In this document: positions 9,216 to 17,354 of the stretch, one piece after another
Layout: each line of letters starts with the position of its first letter
Numbering within the stretch: position 1 is the first letter of the stretch
Notes under the pieces: generated by a model
What the model saw: the letters and a program-made list of their open reading frames with translations, nothing else
Told to the model about the DNA's origin: nothing
The model's database searches: none
Position numbers and translations under genes: made by a program
From: Spirochaetia bacterium
GTDB taxonomy: Bacteria > Spirochaetota > Spirochaetia > UBA9216
Length of the DNA: 64,000 bases
Direction: 5' to 3'
Assembly (NCBI GenBank): GCA_963675665.1
Contig: OY776510.1
Coordinates: forward strand, 352,001 to 416,000

Positions 9216-10571
9216 TTAAATCACAAGCATTATCTGAACGTCGCAGACATTTGTATTTGTCGGACCTGTTACAAGGAGTCCCCCGGTCTGTCTGAAGTAA
9301 TTGTATGAATCGTTATTGTCCAGGTAATCCTGAATGCTCAGCCCGGCAGCCCTTCCGGCGGCGGCTATGTCGTCCGCGGCGAATGCTCCGGCGGCATCGG
9401 TCGGCCCGTCGTTACCGTCGGTACCGCCTGAAAGAAAATAAATCTGCGGCGTATCTTTCAGTTCATTCAGAAACGCCAGCGCCATCTCCTGATTTCGGCC
9501 GCCCAGGCCTTTACCCTTTATCGTAACGGTTGTTTCGCCGCCGCCGATTATACAGGCAGGCCGCGGAAGCATACCCTGATCTCGAAGGATGTCGCGGCCT
9601 ATACCCAGGTAGAACTTCGCCGCTTCGGATGCTTCTCCGGTTATCTGTGACGACAGGATTTTTGTGTTATAACCCAATTCAACAGCCTTGTTCTCCGCAG
9701 AGCGGAGCGCCGCGAGGTTTGTCCCGATAAGGATATTCTTTACCCGCTGAAAAACCCCGGAGCCTGATTTCGGCGTTTCCGGGACTTCACCGGCAACACC
9801 TTTTTCGATAAGTTCGCGGACGGCAGCGGGAAGACGTTCCCCGATTTTGTATTTGGAAATTATCGCGGCGGCATCGGAAAAGAAGGACCCGTCGGGCACT
9901 GTCAGGCCCGATGCTATCGAATCAAGCCTGTCGCCGATTACATCGGACAGAATCAGGTTCAGGACCTCGGCAGGGAACATTGCCTCGGCAAGCCGGCCGC
10001 CCTTGATCCCGGAGAGATGCTTTCTGATGGTATTTATTTCTGCGATTTCAGCTCCGCATTCAAGAAGCAGTTTCGTTGTCTGCTGTTTTTCATCAAGGCT
10101 GAGATTAATTCCGCCGGAAGCATAGGGTTTACACAAAAGGGCTGAGCCCCCGCCCGAGATAAGGTTGATTACAAGCGACTTTTCATCGGCGGAAGACACG
10201 AGCTTCAGAATTTCGGAGGCGGCCCGGCTGCTTTGATCATCGGGTACGGGGTGTCCGGCCTCGATTGTTTTTATATATTCCAGCCTCTCGGTATGTCCGT
10301 ATTTTACAGAGATAAGCCCGGCGGTAATCCGTTCACCAAGAATTGCCTCCAGCCCCTTTGCCATCCTGGCCGTGGCCTTGCCGGCCCCGGTTACAATTAT
10401 CCGGTTGAACGCAGACAAGTCGTATTCCGCCTTCTGATCCGGCAGAGTTACAGAAAAACGATCTCCGTCAAGCCTACACTGCTGAAGAAGCATGGCTTCC
10501 GGGTCAACCCGTCTTACCGAGGCGTTGAATATCGCCTTAAGATCCTCTCTATACTCTCTGCCTTTAGTCAT
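9216..10571 (-). CDS. Glycerate 2-kinase (MOFRL/TtuD family)
   Basis: GAGKA, AGHPVPD, LISGGGSAL, SDVIGD...IASG, GGETTV, GGRNQE, GTDGNDGPTDAAG and TNTNVCD motifs. Confidence 0.92.
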   Translation of the reverse strand: MTKGREYREDLKAIFNASVRRVDPEAMLLQQCRLDGDRFSVTLPDQKAEYDLSAFNRIIVTGAGKATARMAKGLEAILGERITAGLISVKYGHTERLEYIKTIEAGHPVPDDQSSRAASEILKLVSSADEKSLVINLISGGGSALLCKPYASGGINLSLDEKQQTTKLLLECGAEIAEINTIRKHLSGIKGGRLAEAMFPAEVLNLILSDVIGDRLDSIASGLTVPDGSFFSDAAAIISKYKIGERLPAAVRELIEKGVAGEVPETPKSGSGVFQRVKNILIGTNLAALRSAENKAVELGYNTKILSSQITGEASEAAKFYLGIGRDILRDQGMLPRPACIIGGGETTVTIKGKGLGGRNQEMALAFLNELKDTPQIYFLSGGTDGNDGPTDAAGAFAADDIAAAGRAAGLSIQDYLDNNDSYNYFRQTGGLLVTGPTNTNVCDVQIMLVI

Positions 10572-10603
10572 ATATTTCTCCCGTCCGTTCTGATCTTGAT
10601 ATT

Positions 10604-11953
10604 CTAGTGATACGACGGACCTATCAGCTTTTCAGGAAGCCAGGTTATAATCTCCGGAAAAACTATACAAAGTACCAGCACCAGCATGATAATAAGAACA
10701 AAAGGAATAACTCCTTTTATTATATCACCCATGGTAAGCCCCAGTTTGGGATCAGCTGTCCCTTTAAGCACAAATATCGACATGGCCATAGGCGGCGTCT
10801 GAAAAGCCATCTGAAGGTTTATACAAATCATCATTCCCGCCCACAGGGGATTAAAACCAAGCTGAGTAAGTATCGGGGAAAAAATCGGAACAATGATAAA
10901 TACAATACCTATCCATTCTATGAACATCCCAAGCAGAAATACAATAAGCATAATAACCGCAAAAGAGGCCCATTTGCCGCCGGGAACTGCAAGGATGAGC
11001 TTTGTTACAACATCTCCTGATCCGGCGCTCATAAATATTCCGACAAAAGCATAACATAAAGCAGCTATTATAACAACAAAGGAACTTACCCTAAGGGTTT
11101 CGATCGCGGCATGCTTAATAAGGCTCCAGCTGAATTTCCTGTATATTATCGCCAGAATAACTGCTGCAAGACTTCCTACAGCGGCAGCCTCGGTAGGAGG
11201 CGCCATTCCTGAAAAAATTGTACCCAAAACAGCAATAATCAGGGCAACCGGAGGAACAAGGGATTTCATAAGTTTTACGAATTTGGCCATAGAAAACGGA
11301 GTTATTTCACTTTCAGACATTGCAGGTCCCGCTTCCGGCTGCAGACGGCACCTTATTGCAATATATGCAACATAGAGCGCCGAAAGCAGCAGTCCGGGGA
11401 AAATAGCGCCCATGAACATCTGGCCGATCGAAAGCCCGGCCTGGGGTCCGTAGACTACAAGCATTATACTCGGAGGAATAAGAATCCCCAGGGTTCCGGA
11501 GGCTACTATGGTACCTGCTGCAAGCGGCTTGTTATATCCGCGTGTTATCATGGGACCTAACGCTATAAGCGTAAGTATGGTAACGGAAGCCGCAATTACC
11601 CCCAGGCAAGCAGCAAGGATAGTCCCGAATATAACGGTAACTATGGCAAGTCCGCCCTTAAGACCTCCGAGCGATTCGTACAGACTTTCATACAGCGTTT
11701 TCGTTATTCCCGAATGCTGGAGTATTACCCCCATAAAAGTGAACAGAGGTACCGCCAGATAAGGATAATTAAGCGAAAGGCCGTAAAAACGGCTGTAAAG
11801 AATGTGAAAAGTTGTTTCAGGCCCGAAAACGAGAAATCCGACAATGAACGAAACACTTCCGATTACAAAAGCGATGGGGAAACCGGTTAAGACCAGTGCA
11901 AAAACTCCCCCGAGCATTAAAAAGGTTACGAGTTCTGCGCTTATATCAATCAA
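10604..11953 (-). CDS. TRAP transporter large permease (DctM)
   Basis: Highly hydrophobic; LAVPLF, GTLGILIPPSI, PTEAAAVG, FQTPP. Probable TTG start at 11953. Confidence 0.92.
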   Translation of the reverse strand: MIDISAELVTFLMLGGVFALVLTGFPIAFVIGSVSFIVGFLVFGPETTFHILYSRFYGLSLNYPYLAVPLFTFMGVILQHSGITKTLYESLYESLGGLKGGLAIVTVIFGTILAACLGVIAASVTILTLIALGPMITRGYNKPLAAGTIVASGTLGILIPPSIMLVVYGPQAGLSIGQMFMGAIFPGLLLSALYVAYIAIRCRLQPEAGPAMSESEITPFSMAKFVKLMKSLVPPVALIIAVLGTIFSGMAPPTEAAAVGSLAAVILAIIYRKFSWSLIKHAAIETLRVSSFVVIIAALCYAFVGIFMSAGSGDVVTKLILAVPGGKWASFAVIMLIVFLLGMFIEWIGIVFIIVPIFSPILTQLGFNPLWAGMMICINLQMAFQTPPMAMSIFVLKGTADPKLGLTMGDIIKGVIPFVLIIMLVLVLCIVFPEIITWLPEKLIGPSYH

Positions 11954-12464
11954 TTTTCTCACCCCTTATCAAAAAATAAAAATCTCGAATAAATTTAGCC
12001 AATCCCTGCAGAATCAGCATCAACAACCCCAGGGCGAATATAATTCTGTACGGAGCCGCCGGAGGATACCAGAAGCTGTTGAACATCACCTCATTAACCA
12101 TCACAGCCTTTACAGACCACTTCACCGCAAGCTTAAACATGATGATCATCAGCGGAAAAAACAGAATCAATGAACAGATTACATCCATAAGTGCCTGTTT
12201 TCTCTCAGACAGCTGGCTGTAGATAAGATCAACTCTGGTATGAGAATCTTTCAGATAAGTGTATGAGGCTCCGAGCAGATACAGGGCGCCTCCGGCCATA
12301 CAGAGGCTGTCATAGGCCCAGATTGTAGGAGCGTTAAAGAAATGTCTGGATATGGTTTCGTACGATCCTATCAGAACAAGGAGCACAGCAAACCACTTAC
12401 CCACCTGCCCGGCTTTTTCACTTATCATATCAATCGTTTTTATCAATATTCTTAAAAAGGTCAT
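11946..12464 (-). CDS. TRAP transporter small permease (DctQ)
   Basis: Four TM segments, RHFFNAPTIWAYD, HTRVD. Confidence 0.9.
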   Translation of the reverse strand: MTFLRILIKTIDMISEKAGQVGKWFAVLLVLIGSYETISRHFFNAPTIWAYDSLCMAGGALYLLGASYTYLKDSHTRVDLIYSQLSERKQALMDVICSLILFFPLMIIMFKLAVKWSVKAVMVNEVMFNSFWYPPAAPYRIIFALGLLMLILQGLAKFIRDFYFLIRGEKID

Positions 12465-12534
12465 GCTATGACTCCTTATAAAACAGGCCCCCGCTGCCGT
12501 TTTGACAGTAGGGACCCGTATTAAAAATAGTTAA

Positions 12535-13608
12535 TTAATGAACTGCGTCGTATGCTTCACCATATTCTTTCATCGACTGGTAGATTTTGCCGAAAATAGG
12601 ATCTTCCGTAGCAGACTTCTCTTTATAGAAGGCTGCAGCTTCTGCTGTAAGAGCTTCTTCAATGTCGGACGGTACCTTGTATACTTCTACACCCGCTCCC
12701 CTGAATTTCTCAATAGCGTTTACTGATTCATAAACAAGGTATTCATGCTGGGCCTGGGTCCATCTGTCTATTTCACTCTGAACAATTTCCTTCAGATCAT
12801 CCGGAAGTTCATTCCATGCGTCCTTGTTAACAAAGAACACCTGCGGATCACTGGGAGCTCTTGTCGGTGAGATGTAAAGATAAGGCGCTACTTCATTAAA
12901 ATGCATGTTCCAGTTTGTCGCCAGGGTTGAGTATTCAAAGGCGTCGATAGTACCACGCTGCATGGCTTCATAACATTCGCTGCCCGGGATTATAACGGTT
13001 GCCGCACCCATTCTCTTAAGTACTTCACCTCCGTCGCCCATACATCTTGCCTTAAGACCTTTAATATCCGCAAGACTTTCAAGCTTGACTTTGGAATGAA
13101 AGAAAACTTCTTCCGGGAGCGGAGACAGCGCTCCGGGGAACGTGATTACATCATAGCCTTCCATCATTTCATTCATCAGGTCAGCTCCGCCGCCGTAGTT
13201 GAACCAGGTTCTAAGCGATTCTCCCGGTAGTCCGCCCGGACGGGAGCTTATAAGGCCGGCTGCAGGCCATTTATCCAGATTGTACATCGGACAGGTATAA
13301 CCCATCTGAAGAACACCTTCGTTAATGGCATCAAGTTCTTTGTATGCCGGAACAATCGAACCTCCGACAAACGGTTTAACCTCAAGTCTTCCGCCGCTGG
13401 CAAGCGTGATGGCTTCACAGCATTTATCATGAAAAATCTGTGACGGATCAGTTGCCGGTCCATGTCCTGAAGATTTCCAGACAATCTTTTCAACCTTCTT
13501 TACAGGTTCATCACCTGCCGCTGCAGTTTCTTTTTCTGCACAAGAAGTCATCCCGAACACAAGAAGCACAGCAAGCAGAATTAATACAGCTTTTTGTCTT
13601 TTAAACAT
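12535..13608 (-). CDS. TRAP substrate-binding lipoprotein (DctP, TakP/2-oxoacid-like)
   Basis: Lipobox MTSC; SGGRLEVKPF, GLKAR, EAMQRGTIDAFEY, WNELPDDLK. Confidence 0.88.
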   Translation of the reverse strand: MFKRQKAVLILLAVLLVFGMTSCAEKETAAAGDEPVKKVEKIVWKSSGHGPATDPSQIFHDKCCEAITLASGGRLEVKPFVGGSIVPAYKELDAINEGVLQMGYTCPMYNLDKWPAAGLISSRPGGLPGESLRTWFNYGGGADLMNEMMEGYDVITFPGALSPLPEEVFFHSKVKLESLADIKGLKARCMGDGGEVLKRMGAATVIIPGSECYEAMQRGTIDAFEYSTLATNWNMHFNEVAPYLYISPTRAPSDPQVFFVNKDAWNELPDDLKEIVQSEIDRWTQAQHEYLVYESVNAIEKFRGAGVEVYKVPSDIEEALTAEAAAFYKEKSATEDPIFGKIYQSMKEYGEAYDAVH

Positions 13609-13656
13609 CTATTCCCTCCTGAATAATTAATAATGAGCTGCGGGATTTCCGCCGAC

Positions 13657-14490
13657 TCAATAATCCAAAAAAATACTGCTTCCGGTGCTGTTATGAAAAA
13701 AACTGCTGCCTTCACGTTCAAGCCTCTTCATTCCATCAACACCGGTACAGTGAGAAACTCCCAGTATTTTAATATTGTCGTTGCTGAGATATTTAATGGA
13801 CATCTCAAGGTTCTCACCAGAAGCCTCAACCAGGTGAGTTCCCCCGAGAACCGCATATACAGGCTTATCAAACTCTGCATATACAGTATCAATCATATTT
13901 TTAACCCCCGGATGAGAGCATCCAAGCAACACGACCATGCCCAGAGGAGTTTCTATTGCGATTAAAATTTCATCGTTAAAAGGATCGCTTACAAACCGGT
14001 TGTTTTTTTTCAGTTTAAAGCGGGAATTAATTGTTTCGTCTGTATTACTGCGAATAAAATCCGTAATTATAAAGATTCCGTTCCCAAGATCTGTCTTCCG
14101 GCTTTCAATAAAGCTGTGTTTGATATTTTTTTCCGTCAAATCCGCTTCAATGAAATTGTTTCCAAGGTATTCATATGAATTGTTCCGGTATCCGTATTTT
14201 TCTTCGAAAAAACCGTTTCCTAGAAAAAGTTTAAAATCATCGTTTATATCAGCCAAAGCCATCAGACCGCCGGTGTGATCATAGTGACCGTGGCTGAGTA
14301 TAACCTTCTCAACCCTTCTCAAATCCAAATTGAGCTGGGCAGCATTGTATAAAAAAGCATCAGTCTGCCCTGCATCGAACAACAGCATCGAACCATCCTT
14401 TTCGATGCAGAATGAAATGCCATGCTCGGTTTTTAACCCAAGGTGTTCACCCCGGCTGTTTTCAATCAACGTAGTAATCTTCAATGGCAT
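13657..14490 (-). CDS. MBL-fold metallo-hydrolase (MJ0301-like subgroup)
   Basis: EHGISF, FDAG, SHGHYDHTGGL, GCSHPG, GGTHL and SHCTG motifs. Confidence 0.85.
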   Translation of the reverse strand: MPLKITTLIENSRGEHLGLKTEHGISFCIEKDGSMLLFDAGQTDAFLYNAAQLNLDLRRVEKVILSHGHYDHTGGLMALADINDDFKLFLGNGFFEEKYGYRNNSYEYLGNNFIEADLTEKNIKHSFIESRKTDLGNGIFIITDFIRSNTDETINSRFKLKKNNRFVSDPFNDEILIAIETPLGMVVLLGCSHPGVKNMIDTVYAEFDKPVYAVLGGTHLVEASGENLEMSIKYLSNDNIKILGVSHCTGVDGMKRLEREGSSFFHNSTGSSIFLDY

Positions 14491-14512
14491 AATGCTTTTT
14501 ATTCTCCTCTTT

Positions 14513-15220
14513 TCAGTTGCTTTGCATTGACCTCCTGATATCCTCTACGGCATTATTCAGATGCTCCAGCATCGCCGCTTCCGCTTTTTCAGGATTGCCG
14601 GCCTTTATGGCCTTTACAATGGCTTTATGCTCACCAACGGTTTTCTCTATTCTTCCCGGAACATGCAGACTTGAAATCCACCCTTCCGGAAGCGATTTGG
14701 TCATCGCTTTCATTATGAAATAAAGGGTCCTGTTTTTGGTTGATTTCGCGAGCAGTTCATGGAACCTCTCATCACACTTTATAAGGCTCCCGGTGCTTCC
14801 CCCCGGCATTTCCGCCTCAAAATCGCTACAGGCTTTCTCCAGCTTTTCGATATCATGATCATCAGCTTTCATAGCGGAGTGCGCAGCAGCTTTCGGATCG
14901 ATAATCAGCCTTACTTCAAAATGATCAAAAATAGATTCTTCATTTGATCTAAGCCATTCCTGAAAAGCCGCCAGCTCATGCTGGATCGAATCAGCTATAA
15001 AGATTCCCTTTCCGTGCTTAACGGAAACATACCCGGTTGCTTCAAGAATCCTGACAGCTTCCCTTATTGAAGACCTGCTGACTTCAAGTTTTTTTGTCAG
15101 TTCATTCTCTGAGTAAAATTTATCGCCCGGGGAAAAGCCGTCTTCGCTAATCATCTGCTTGATTGCTTCGATAACCCGATCCGACAGTCTGATTTTTTTT
15201 ATCGGTTCCATTTTTACCAC
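14513..15220 (-). CDS. GntR/FadR family transcriptional regulator
   Basis: GDKFYSENELTKKLEVSRSSIREA wHTH; FCD domain with DERFH, EH and HL. Confidence 0.92.
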   Translation of the reverse strand: MVKMEPIKKIRLSDRVIEAIKQMISEDGFSPGDKFYSENELTKKLEVSRSSIREAVRILEATGYVSVKHGKGIFIADSIQHELAAFQEWLRSNEESIFDHFEVRLIIDPKAAAHSAMKADDHDIEKLEKACSDFEAEMPGGSTGSLIKCDERFHELLAKSTKNRTLYFIMKAMTKSLPEGWISSLHVPGRIEKTVGEHKAIVKAIKAGNPEKAEAAMLEHLNNAVEDIRRSMQSN

Positions 15221-15225
15221 CTTAT

Positions 15226-15260
15226 AGATATCTTATCATCAGATATCTACTCATCAGACA
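15226..15260. promoter_or_regulatory. 15-bp-period direct repeat containing TCATCAGA; putative GntR operator array
   Basis: AGATATCTTATCATC / AGATATCTACTCATC / AGACA immediately upstream of the GntR start; a third TCATCAGA at 15356-15363. Confidence 0.5.
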
Positions 15261-15339
15261 AGTTGATTCTACACCTGCCTGAATAATATGTCAAGATTTA
15301 TTGAATACATTTTAAGTCCTTTTTTGGAGATACTAACTG

Positions 15340-15374
15340 TTAGCAGCATGTATGCTCATCAGACATGCTGCTAA
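15340..15374. repeat. Perfect 12-bp inverted repeat enclosing a TCATCAG core
   Basis: TTAGCAGCATGT-ATGCTCATCAG-ACATGCTGCTAA. Confidence 0.7.
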
Positions 15375-15518
15375 TGATAATGAAATTAAATCCGTGAGTC
15401 AATTCAACTTTTTATTCAGTGATTAGTTATCAAATCCGCATGTAAATAAAAAATAAACCCCGAATCAACTCTTTCGAATTCACCCGGGGCTGTCGGTATG
15501 CAGGAAAACCGAATCTGC

Positions 15519-16298
15519 CTAATACCCGCTCTCAATCGTCTGGCCGCTGATTATTTTTATTCCGCCGCTGGTGCCCAGCCTTGTAGCTCCGGCTTTGATC
15601 ATTGCAACAGCATCATCAAATGTCCGGACCCCTCCGGCAGCCTTTACTTCGGCATGTGCACCTACAGTCTTTTTCATCAGCGCAACATGTTCGGGTTTTG
15701 CACCGGCAGTTGAGAACCCGGTTGAGGTTTTTACAAAGTGCGCCCCCGTTTCCTTGCAGATCTGACAGGCAAGAATAATTTCCTCTTCCGTAAGAAGGGC
15801 GGTTTCTATTATGACTTTCAGTTTCGCCCTCTGGCCGCATGCCCGAAGGACCCAAAGCACATCGTCTTTAACAAGTTTCAGGTCCCGTGATTTAAGGGCG
15901 CCGATATTCATTACCATATCGATTTCGTTTGCCCCGTCCTCAATAGCATGACGTGCTTCAAAATGTTTGCTTCGACTGTTCATGGCGCCGAGAGGAAAGC
16001 CTACAACGGAACAAACCTTTACATCCGTTCCCCGAAGGTTCCCGGCACAGCGTTCAACCCAGGTTGTATTCACGCATACTGAATAAAACCCGTACTCTTT
16101 AGCCTCGCTGCAGAGCTTGTCTATATCCTCAGCTGTCGCCTCAGGCTTCAGCAATGTATGATCTATATATTTGGCCAGTTCCGAAGGCCTAATGCTCAAG
16201 CTATCTCCGGTGTTTTTCCCGGTAGAAAAAGCCGGTTCAGCTTTCAGCCTGCTGACAACCTCTTTGGTTATGCTCTCAATCAGTTCATTTTCATCCAT
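15519..16298 (-). CDS. deoC: Deoxyribose-phosphate aldolase with N-terminal BMC encapsulation peptide
   Basis: IDHTLLKPEAT, VVGFPLGA, EIDMVMNIG, LKVIIET, FVKTSTGF, VKAAGGVR, RLGTS; N-terminal amphipathic MDENELIESITKEVVSRLK plus linker. Confidence 0.95.
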   Translation of the reverse strand: MDENELIESITKEVVSRLKAEPAFSTGKNTGDSLSIRPSELAKYIDHTLLKPEATAEDIDKLCSEAKEYGFYSVCVNTTWVERCAGNLRGTDVKVCSVVGFPLGAMNSRSKHFEARHAIEDGANEIDMVMNIGALKSRDLKLVKDDVLWVLRACGQRAKLKVIIETALLTEEEIILACQICKETGAHFVKTSTGFSTAGAKPEHVALMKKTVGAHAEVKAAGGVRTFDDAVAMIKAGATRLGTSGGIKIISGQTIESGY

Positions 16299-16303
16299 AA
16301 TTT

Positions 16304-16798
16304 TTATCCGTTTCCCCTTTCCACAGCCATCATTTTATTAATCCTCGGCCAGTGCCTGCCGCCTTCGAAGCGTGTCTCAAGCCATATTTTTACCATTTCG
16401 CACAGCTCCCGGGGCTGGTGCAGCGGTCCTCCGAGTGTTAATACATTTGCGTTATTGTGTAATCGGCTGTTTTTCACCGTTACTATATCATAACACAGAG
16501 CGGCGCGTATACCTCTTACCTTGTTGCAGACCATCGACGATCCTATTCCGGCGCCGTCTATCATTATTCCGCGCGAATCATCTTCAGCGGCCACCTTTCT
16601 GGCAACCTTCACCGCATAATCAGGGTAATCCACGCTTTCTTTTGAAAAAGTGCCTACGTCCTCCACCCTGTAACCGAGCGTTTCAATATATCTTTTCAGG
16701 ATTTCCTTGGATTCGAAACCTCCGTGGTCCGAGCCGATATATATCTTTGTAATCTTATCGGTACTGTTCTTTTCACTGAAATCAACACTGTTATACAT
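16304..16798 (-). CDS. rpiB: Ribose-5-phosphate isomerase B family protein (BMC-associated)
   Basis: IGSDHGG, SVDYPD, IDGAGIGS, NKVRGIRAA, SRLHNNANVL, FEGGRH. Confidence 0.9.
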   Translation of the reverse strand: MYNSVDFSEKNSTDKITKIYIGSDHGGFESKEILKRYIETLGYRVEDVGTFSKESVDYPDYAVKVARKVAAEDDSRGIMIDGAGIGSSMVCNKVRGIRAALCYDIVTVKNSRLHNNANVLTLGGPLHQPRELCEMVKIWLETRFEGGRHWPRINKMMAVERGNG

Positions 16799-16800
16799 AA

Positions 16801-17073
16801 TCACCCCGCTGTTGTAATTTCATCAATTATTCCGACAATTACCGTCCGTATCGGTAGCCCCGACGAGTTTAAAACCAGGTTTGCCGAACCGCCCTCGTCA
16901 ATAACAAGCACCCTGTCTCCCGTGCCGGCCTGCACCGTATCCACTGCGATAAAAGACGCTCCGGCCCTGCCGCCGTCCGGGGCTTCCGGCGTTACGATCA
17001 ATAATTTCAGATTCTTCAGAGCTCCAATTTTCGCATCGGCGACAACAGTTCCGGTAACCCTGCCTGCAATCAT
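16801..17073 (-). CDS. BMC vertex pentamer (EutN/CcmL, BMC-P)
   Basis: MIAGRVTGTVVA...AVDTVQAGTGDRVLV...GSA...IVGIID. Confidence 0.92.
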   Translation of the reverse strand: MIAGRVTGTVVADAKIGALKNLKLLIVTPEAPDGGRAGASFIAVDTVQAGTGDRVLVIDEGGSANLVLNSSGLPIRTVIVGIIDEITTAG

Positions 17074-17342
17074 ACTTCCGCCTTTTCCAGCTGATCAATA
17101 ATACCGATTACCGCGGCATCAGCCGGATTAAACTGATTTCTCATCGACATCGCGGCCTCTCTGCCGCCCTCGTAAATCACCAAATCGCCGGGACCCGCCT
17201 GGACCGTATCGCAGGCAACTATCGGAGGGCCCTTTTCTTTCATTTCATCATCAAGCGGCTGGATAAGAAGCAGGATTTCTCCTTCAAAAGATTCCACCTT
17301 GACGGAACATACAACCGAACCCGTTACTCTTGCTATCTTCAT
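17070..17342 (-). CDS. BMC vertex pentamer (EutN/CcmL, BMC-P)
   Basis: MKIARVTGSVVCS.K...ACDTVQAGPGDLV...GREA...DAAVIGIID. Confidence 0.92.
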   Translation of the reverse strand: MKIARVTGSVVCSVKVESFEGEILLLIQPLDDEMKEKGPPIVACDTVQAGPGDLVIYEGGREAAMSMRNQFNPADAAVIGIIDQLEKAEV

Positions 17343-17354
17343 ATCTCAACCGCC

